54,301 nt of DNA. It comes from Opitutus sp. Its GTDB lineage: Bacteria; Verrucomicrobiota; Verrucomicrobiia; Opitutales; Opitutaceae. The notes under the pieces were generated by a model, which worked only from the letters and a program-made list of their open reading frames with translations, had not been told where the DNA came from and did no database searches. Position 1 is the first letter of the stretch. Each line of letters opens with the position of its first letter. Made by a program: the position numbers and the translations under genes. Where the stretch lies: positions 1-54,301 of the forward strand of contig DASZPP010000121.1 of NCBI GenBank assembly GCA_035549975.1, written 5' to 3'. This document shows, piece by piece, positions 49,512-54,301 of the stretch.

Positions 49512-50567
49512 ATGGGAACCAATTCCGGCGACAACCGGCGGATCGCAGTCGACGCCATGGGCGGCGACCTCGGCCCCGCCGAGGTGGTCGAGGCCGTCCG
49601 GCTCGCTTTCCGCCAGCGACCCGAGCTCAATCCCATCACCATCGTCGGCGACGAGGCGGTATTGCAGCCGCTCCTGCAGCGCTCCGGCCTGCTCCGGCAC
49701 GCGCCGGTCGACATTTTTCACACCTCGGAAGTCGTGATGATGGACGACAAGCCCCTCGTCGCGCTCAAGCGCAAGAAGGACTCGTCCATGGTCCGCGCCA
49801 TCGAACTCGTGAAGGAGGGCCAGGCCAAGGTCCTCGTGAGTTGCGGCAACACCGGCGCGCTCATGGCGGGCGGCACGCTCCGGCTCCGCACGATGGAAGG
49901 TGTCGCCCGCCCGGCGCTCGCCGCCGTCGTTCCGCGCGAGAACGGCCATTTCATCCTCATCGACGCCGGCGCCAACCCCGACGCCAAGCCCGACCACCTC
50001 GTCCACAACGCCATTCTCGGCAGCCATTATTGCCGCGTGATGCTCGGCGTCGCCCGCCCCCGCGTCGGCCTGATGACCATCGGCACCGAGGAGGGCAAAG
50101 GCAACCTGCTCTGCGGCGAAACCAACGACCTGCTCCGCCGCACCGGCGACATCATCAACTACGCCGGCCCGATCGAGGGCTTCCATGTGTTCGCCGAGCA
50201 CGTCGACGTCGTGGTCTGCGACGGCTTCGTCGGCAACATCATGCTCAAGAGCTGGGAGTCCCTCGTGAAATTCTTTTCCGGCATGCTGCGCGAGGAGCTC
50301 CGCTCCAATCCGCTGCGCATGGCCGGCGCGTTCCTCAGCCAAGGCGCCTTCTCGGCCCTCAAGGAACGGATCAACCCCGAACGTTATGGCGGAGCCCCGC
50401 TCCTCGGCCTCAAGGGCAACATCCTCAAGGCCCACGGCTCCTCCAACCGCCACGCCATCAAGAGCGCCATTCTTGCCGCGAGCCAGATTATCCGCGCCGA
50501 CATGAATCAACGAATCGAGGCCGATATCGCCCGCGCCAACGATCTGCTCGCCGTGCCCGTCGGCTGA
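49512..50567 (+). CDS. plsX: Phosphate acyltransferase PlsX
   Basis: IAVDAMGGD.GP, SCGNTGA, RPAL, DAGAN, CDGFVGN, KAHGSS. Confidence 0.97.
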   Translation: MGTNSGDNRRIAVDAMGGDLGPAEVVEAVRLAFRQRPELNPITIVGDEAVLQPLLQRSGLLRHAPVDIFHTSEVVMMDDKPLVALKRKKDSSMVRAIELVKEGQAKVLVSCGNTGALMAGGTLRLRTMEGVARPALAAVVPRENGHFILIDAGANPDAKPDHLVHNAILGSHYCRVMLGVARPRVGLMTIGTEEGKGNLLCGETNDLLRRTGDIINYAGPIEGFHVFAEHVDVVVCDGFVGNIMLKSWESLVKFFSGMLREELRSNPLRMAGAFLSQGAFSALKERINPERYGGAPLLGLKGNILKAHGSSNRHAIKSAILAASQIIRADMNQRIEADIARANDLLAVPVG

Positions 50568-50608
50568 CCCGCCGGCCGCGTTTCCGTCCGCTTCCGCGAC
50601 CATTCACC

Positions 50609-51601
50609 ATGGCCAACGCCTCCACCGTGATTCTGGGGACGGGTGCTTATGCGCCCGCCCGCGTGATGACCAACGACGAGCTCTCCCACACCGTCGACAC
50701 CTCCGACGAGTGGATCCGCACCCGCACCGGCATCCGTGAACGCCGCATCGCCGGCCCCGACGAGCAAACCTCCGACATGGGCGTCAAAGCCGCCCAGGCC
50801 GCCCTCAACGACGCGAAGCTCGCCGCGACCGACATCGACCTGCTCGTCGTCGCCACCCTCACGCCCGACCTGCCGATGCCCGCCGCCGCGTGCATCATCC
50901 AGCAAAAGCTCGGCCTCCGCACCAACGTCGCCTGCTTCGATCTCAACGCCGCCTGCTCCGGTTTCCTCTACGCCCTCGACGCCGCGTGCGCCATGCTGGC
51001 CTCCGGGCGTTATCGCCACGCGCTTGTGATCGGCGTGGAAAAACTCTCCGCGGTCCTCGACTGGACCGACCGCTCCACCTGTGTCCTCTTCGGCGACGGC
51101 GCCGGGGCCGCCGTCCTCGGTGTCAGCGACCGCCCGAACGTCGGCCTCCTCGGCACCAGGCTCGGCGCCTACGGCGACAGCGTCGAACACCTCTGGATCA
51201 AGCACGGCGGCACCAGCCATCCCGCCACGCCCGATTCGATCGCCGCGCGCGGCCACACCATTCGGATGAAGGGCCGCGAGGTCTTCAAGCTCGCCGTCCG
51301 CGCCATGGACGAAGCTGCGCGGGATATACTGGAACAACACGGAGTTCCAGCGGATCAGATTGCCCTCGTGATCCCGCATCAGGCGAATTTGCGCATCATC
51401 GAGGCCATCTCCGAATACCTGGAACTGCCCATGGAGCGGTTCGTCGTGAACGTCGACCGCTACGGCAACACCTCCGCCGCCTCGATTCCGATCGCGCTCG
51501 ACGAGGCCCGCCGCTCCGGCCGCATCAAGCCCGGCGACCTCACCCTGCTCGTCGCATTTGGGGCGGGCTTGACCTACGCAAGTGCACTGATTCGCTGGTG
51601 A
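50609..51601 (+). CDS. fabH: Beta-ketoacyl-ACP synthase III
   Basis: DEWIRTRTGIRERR, AACSGF, LFGDGAGA, PHQANLRII, GNTSAASIP. Confidence 0.97.
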   Translation: MANASTVILGTGAYAPARVMTNDELSHTVDTSDEWIRTRTGIRERRIAGPDEQTSDMGVKAAQAALNDAKLAATDIDLLVVATLTPDLPMPAAACIIQQKLGLRTNVACFDLNAACSGFLYALDAACAMLASGRYRHALVIGVEKLSAVLDWTDRSTCVLFGDGAGAAVLGVSDRPNVGLLGTRLGAYGDSVEHLWIKHGGTSHPATPDSIAARGHTIRMKGREVFKLAVRAMDEAARDILEQHGVPADQIALVIPHQANLRIIEAISEYLELPMERFVVNVDRYGNTSAASIPIALDEARRSGRIKPGDLTLLVAFGAGLTYASALIRW

Positions 51602-51608
51602 GCTTCGG

Positions 51609-51712
51609 AGTGAAAGTGAGAGTGAAAGTGAAAGGGGACCCAGTCCCACGCCAACCTCACCTCCACTCAGCCCATCTTCGCCTTCACTTTCCATTTTACT
51701 CTCACTTTCCCT
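51609..51712. repeat. Hexamer-periodic inverted repeat (GTGAAA/GTGAGA ... TTCACT/CTCACT)
   Basis: AGTGAAAGTGAGAGTGAAAGTGAAAG facing CTTCACTTTCCATTTTACTCTCACTTTCC; half-copy at ~41845-41868. Confidence 0.75.
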
Positions 51713-51717
51713 TCCAG

Positions 51718-52767
51718 ATGCGTCTCCTCTCTGTCCGGGCCGTCGCGCTCCCCTGCCTCCTGTCGGCATTCGCCTGTCTGTTGACGCCGGCCGCCCGCGC
51801 CGACTTGGTCTGGAATCCGGACACCGGCTGGCGCATCGAAGGCGGCGTCCTCTCCGGCCTCGCCGGTCCCGCCGGCCGCAACGCCCTCGAGATCATGAAC
51901 CGCGCGCGCGAAGCCGAGGAGAAGGACCACATCGGCTCGGCCATCCATTCCTACAAGCGCGTCACCAAGAAATACCCCGCGTCCGTCTACGCCGCCGAGG
52001 CCTTCTACCGCACCGGCAAGCTCTACCTCGGGCGCCGCCAATACTACAAGGCCTTCGAGAACCTGAACCAGGTCGTCACGCGCTATCCGAACAGCAAGCA
52101 TTTCAACGACGTCATCGGCGAGGAATACCGCATCGCCAGCGCGCTGCTCGACGGCGCCCGCAACCACATCTGGGGCATCATTCCCAGCTTCCGCAACCGC
52201 AGCCGCGCGATCGAGTATTTCGAAGTCGTGCTCCGCAACGCCCCCTACAGCGACTACGCCCCGCTCGCCCTCATGAACGAGGCTCGCGGCTTCCTCCGCG
52301 AGCGCGACACCGACGAGGCGATCGACGCGCTCGACCGGATGATCAACAACTACCCGCAAAGCCTCCTCACGCCCGACGCCTACCTCAAGCTCGCCCAGAC
52401 TCACGAGAAACTCGTCGACGGTCCGGCCTACGACCAGGGTTCCACGAAGGAAGCGATCACCTACTTCGAGGATTTCCTCATCCTCTTCCCCGGCGATCCC
52501 AACACGCCTTCCGCCGCGAAGGGACTCGACGAGATGAAGACCGTGCTCGCCGAGAGCAAAATGAAGATCGGCGATTTCTATTTTAAATACCGGAGAAACT
52601 ACACCGCCGCGAAGGTCTTCTACAACGAGGCGATCACGTCCTACCCCGATTCGCCCATCGCCGCCAAGGCCAAGGAAAAACTCGCCGAGGTCGACGCCCG
52701 CTCCTCGGGCAAGCCGCTTCCGCCCGGCGAAAAGCCCAAACGGAAGAAGCACTTTTTCTTCTTCTGA
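51718..52767 (+). CDS. bamD: Outer-membrane assembly factor BamD-like TPR protein
   Basis: TPRs with YP.S motifs, YDQGSTKEA..YFEDF...FP, LAE..MKIGDFY; upstream of lptE. Confidence 0.8.
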   Translation: MRLLSVRAVALPCLLSAFACLLTPAARADLVWNPDTGWRIEGGVLSGLAGPAGRNALEIMNRAREAEEKDHIGSAIHSYKRVTKKYPASVYAAEAFYRTGKLYLGRRQYYKAFENLNQVVTRYPNSKHFNDVIGEEYRIASALLDGARNHIWGIIPSFRNRSRAIEYFEVVLRNAPYSDYAPLALMNEARGFLRERDTDEAIDALDRMINNYPQSLLTPDAYLKLAQTHEKLVDGPAYDQGSTKEAITYFEDFLILFPGDPNTPSAAKGLDEMKTVLAESKMKIGDFYFKYRRNYTAAKVFYNEAITSYPDSPIAAKAKEKLAEVDARSSGKPLPPGEKPKRKKHFFFF

Positions 52768-52776
52768 TATTCCGTG

Positions 52777-52807
52777 GGGCGGGTCTTCGACCCGCCCTTC
52801 TTTTTTT
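52777..52807 (+). terminator. Intrinsic terminator / REP-like hairpin after bamD
   Basis: GGGCGGGTC-TTC-GACCCGCCC followed by TTCTTTTTTT. Confidence 0.75.
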
Positions 52808-52908
52808 CCGCCGGGCGGCGGCGCTTCGCCGTGGCGATGCCCGTGACCGCCAGCCGCGCCAACTCAGTCTTGCGCCGCTTCGCGCCGTCCCCTCCACTCC
52901 GCACCGGC

Positions 52909-53454
52909 ATGCCGTCACGCCTTCCGTATTTCTCCCACCCTGTGCCCCGCCTCTTCCGTCTCCTGTTTCCCGCCGCCGGTCTCCTGTTCGTCACCGCCTG
53001 CTCGCACTACCAGCTCGGCACCGGCGGCAAGCTCGCGTTTTCGACCGTTTACGTCGCCCCGGCGCGCAACACCTCCCGCCTGCCGCAGGCCCAGGCCATC
53101 CTCACGACCCAGGTCCGCGAAGCCCTCGCCCAGGACGGCCGGGTCGCGCTCGCCAACTCGCCGCAGGCCGCCGACGCCACCCTCGAAATCGTGATCCGCG
53201 ACTATCACCGCGACGTCGCCTCCGTTCGCGAAACCGACACCGGTCTCGCCCGCAAATTCACCCTCACCCTCGCCGTCGACTGCACGCTGCGTGACAACCG
53301 CAACGGCACCGTCTACTTCGCCAACCGCCCGATCGACACCCAGCGCGACGCGTTCGTGGACGGCGGCCAGCTTCAGGCCGAGTACCAGACCGTCCCGCTC
53401 CTCGCCGAATCGATCGCGAAAAAGATCACCCGCGCCGTTCTCGACGTCTGGTGA
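52909..53454 (+). CDS. lptE: LPS assembly lipoprotein LptE
   Basis: Lipobox VTAC then SHYQLG; LptE-like strand pattern; alternative GTG start at 52942. Confidence 0.8.
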   Translation: MPSRLPYFSHPVPRLFRLLFPAAGLLFVTACSHYQLGTGGKLAFSTVYVAPARNTSRLPQAQAILTTQVREALAQDGRVALANSPQAADATLEIVIRDYHRDVASVRETDTGLARKFTLTLAVDCTLRDNRNGTVYFANRPIDTQRDAFVDGGQLQAEYQTVPLLAESIAKKITRAVLDVW

Positions 53455-53466
53455 CCGGCTTCGGCA

Positions 53467-54301
53467 TCATCCTTTCAGCGCGTCGCCCGCCCACGCCAGG
53501 CACTCGATCGCCGCGAGACCGAACTGCGCCGTCCCGTTGGTCGACACATGCGGCGCCTCGTCGACCGGGTTCAACACCGCCGGACCTTCGATTCGCCGCG
53601 TCGCCAGTTCGCCGCCGCGATCGCCCTCGCCGCCGCGCGCGTGAAACTCCTTCCACGCCCGCGCCGCCAGTTCCGGGTCCTTCTCGCGCATCGCGGCGTA
53701 GGCCGTGAGTCGCGAGTGCCCCTGGCGCAGCGTGCGGTTCGGAAACGTCCGGCCGAAGCGCCGCTTCTGCTCATCCGGATCGGCGTTGTAAACCTCGCAG
53801 TATTGCAGCCACGCCTTTTCGTATTCGGGTGCGTCGAGCAATTGCAGCAGCTCCGCGCTGACCTCGACCGCGCCGAACACCGCGTTCAGATGGGACGCGC
53901 TCGCATGGTCGTTGTGCGGGTAGAGCTTCCCGGTCGCCGGATCGTAGCCGCCGCCGCTGTTGAACCACCCGTTCGGCATCTCCCCGATCGATTTCATTCC
54001 GGCGAGAATCTTGTCGCGCCACCTCGTGTCGCCCGTGCGCTCCCACTCCGTCAGCCACGCCGCGGCAAACGAACACCAGTCCGTCCCGAAACTCACGTCC
54101 GCCGGCCAGCGCTTGTCACCTGCGGCGCGTCCGATCTTTCGTCCGGGCGGGATCTGCGCCACGCGCTCGTCGCAATCGAGCAGCTCGTGCATCAAGTCGC
54201 CCACCCGCTCGTCCGCCGTCAGGTAATAATAGAACCGCCGGTACACCGCCGTGCTGATCCGCACCTGCTTCGCGCTGTCGCCCCAGTGCTGCACGTTGTG
54301 C
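53467..54301 (-). CDS. Exo-rhamnogalacturonan lyase-like (YetA/RGLX family) protein, 5'-truncated
   Basis: HNVQHWGDSAKQVRIS, YYYLTADERVGD, GTDW, SHL.AVFG, STN.TAQ. Confidence 0.7.
   Translation of the reverse strand, partial: HNVQHWGDSAKQVRISTAVYRRFYYYLTADERVGDLMHELLDCDERVAQIPPGRKIGRAAGDKRWPADVSFGTDWCSFAAAWLTEWERTGDTRWRDKILAGMKSIGEMPNGWFNSGGGYDPATGKLYPHNDHASASHLNAVFGAVEVSAELLQLLDAPEYEKAWLQYCEVYNADPDEQKRRFGRTFPNRTLRQGHSRLTAYAAMREKDPELAARAWKEFHARGGEGDRGGELATRRIEGPAVLNPVDEAPHVSTNGTAQFGLAAIECLAWAGDALKG

Noticed and set aside
49841-51717. Apparent long N-terminal extensions of FabH (586 aa) and BamD (625 aa); similarly IorB, RidA and GlmM
   Set aside because: Open frames overlapping upstream genes; conserved starts are at 50609, 51718, 4798, 20844 and 47019

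Overview
GC-rich, gene-dense bacterial chromosome segment, most likely Verrucomicrobiota/Opitutaceae (inferred from the PEP-CTERM protein, the membrane-anchored ECF sigma, a DUF5069-like protein and the repeat style). About 48 protein genes and a 6S RNA are supported; no rRNA, tRNA, CRISPR array or transposase is seen. Housekeeping genes include rnr (partial), clpS, proS, argA, glmM-trpD, uppP and rpmF-plsX-fabH-bamD-lptE. The main accessory feature is a ~13 kb purine/nucleoside locus (20.4-33.8 kb): a TonB-dependent receptor, two signal-peptide-bearing MTA/SAH-nucleosidase-like proteins (one missing catalytic residues), an exported ADA2-type deaminase, two NCS2 permeases, adenine deaminase, a Rieske N/O-demethylase-like oxygenase, an amidohydrolase and RidA. 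It looks like an outer-membrane-to-cytoplasm system for scavenging (possibly methylated) purine nucleosides. Other signals: a PEP-CTERM / lysine-methyltransferase-like / esterase operon whose first ATGA junction reads ACGA; a 4-bp-frameshifted ECF sigma; a family-B DNA polymerase; an orphan ParA with alphaCTD-like and coiled-coil neighbours; and many short palindromic repeats, some supplying start or stop codons and one lying in frame inside ade. Family assignments come from motif recognition by eye; no database search was run.
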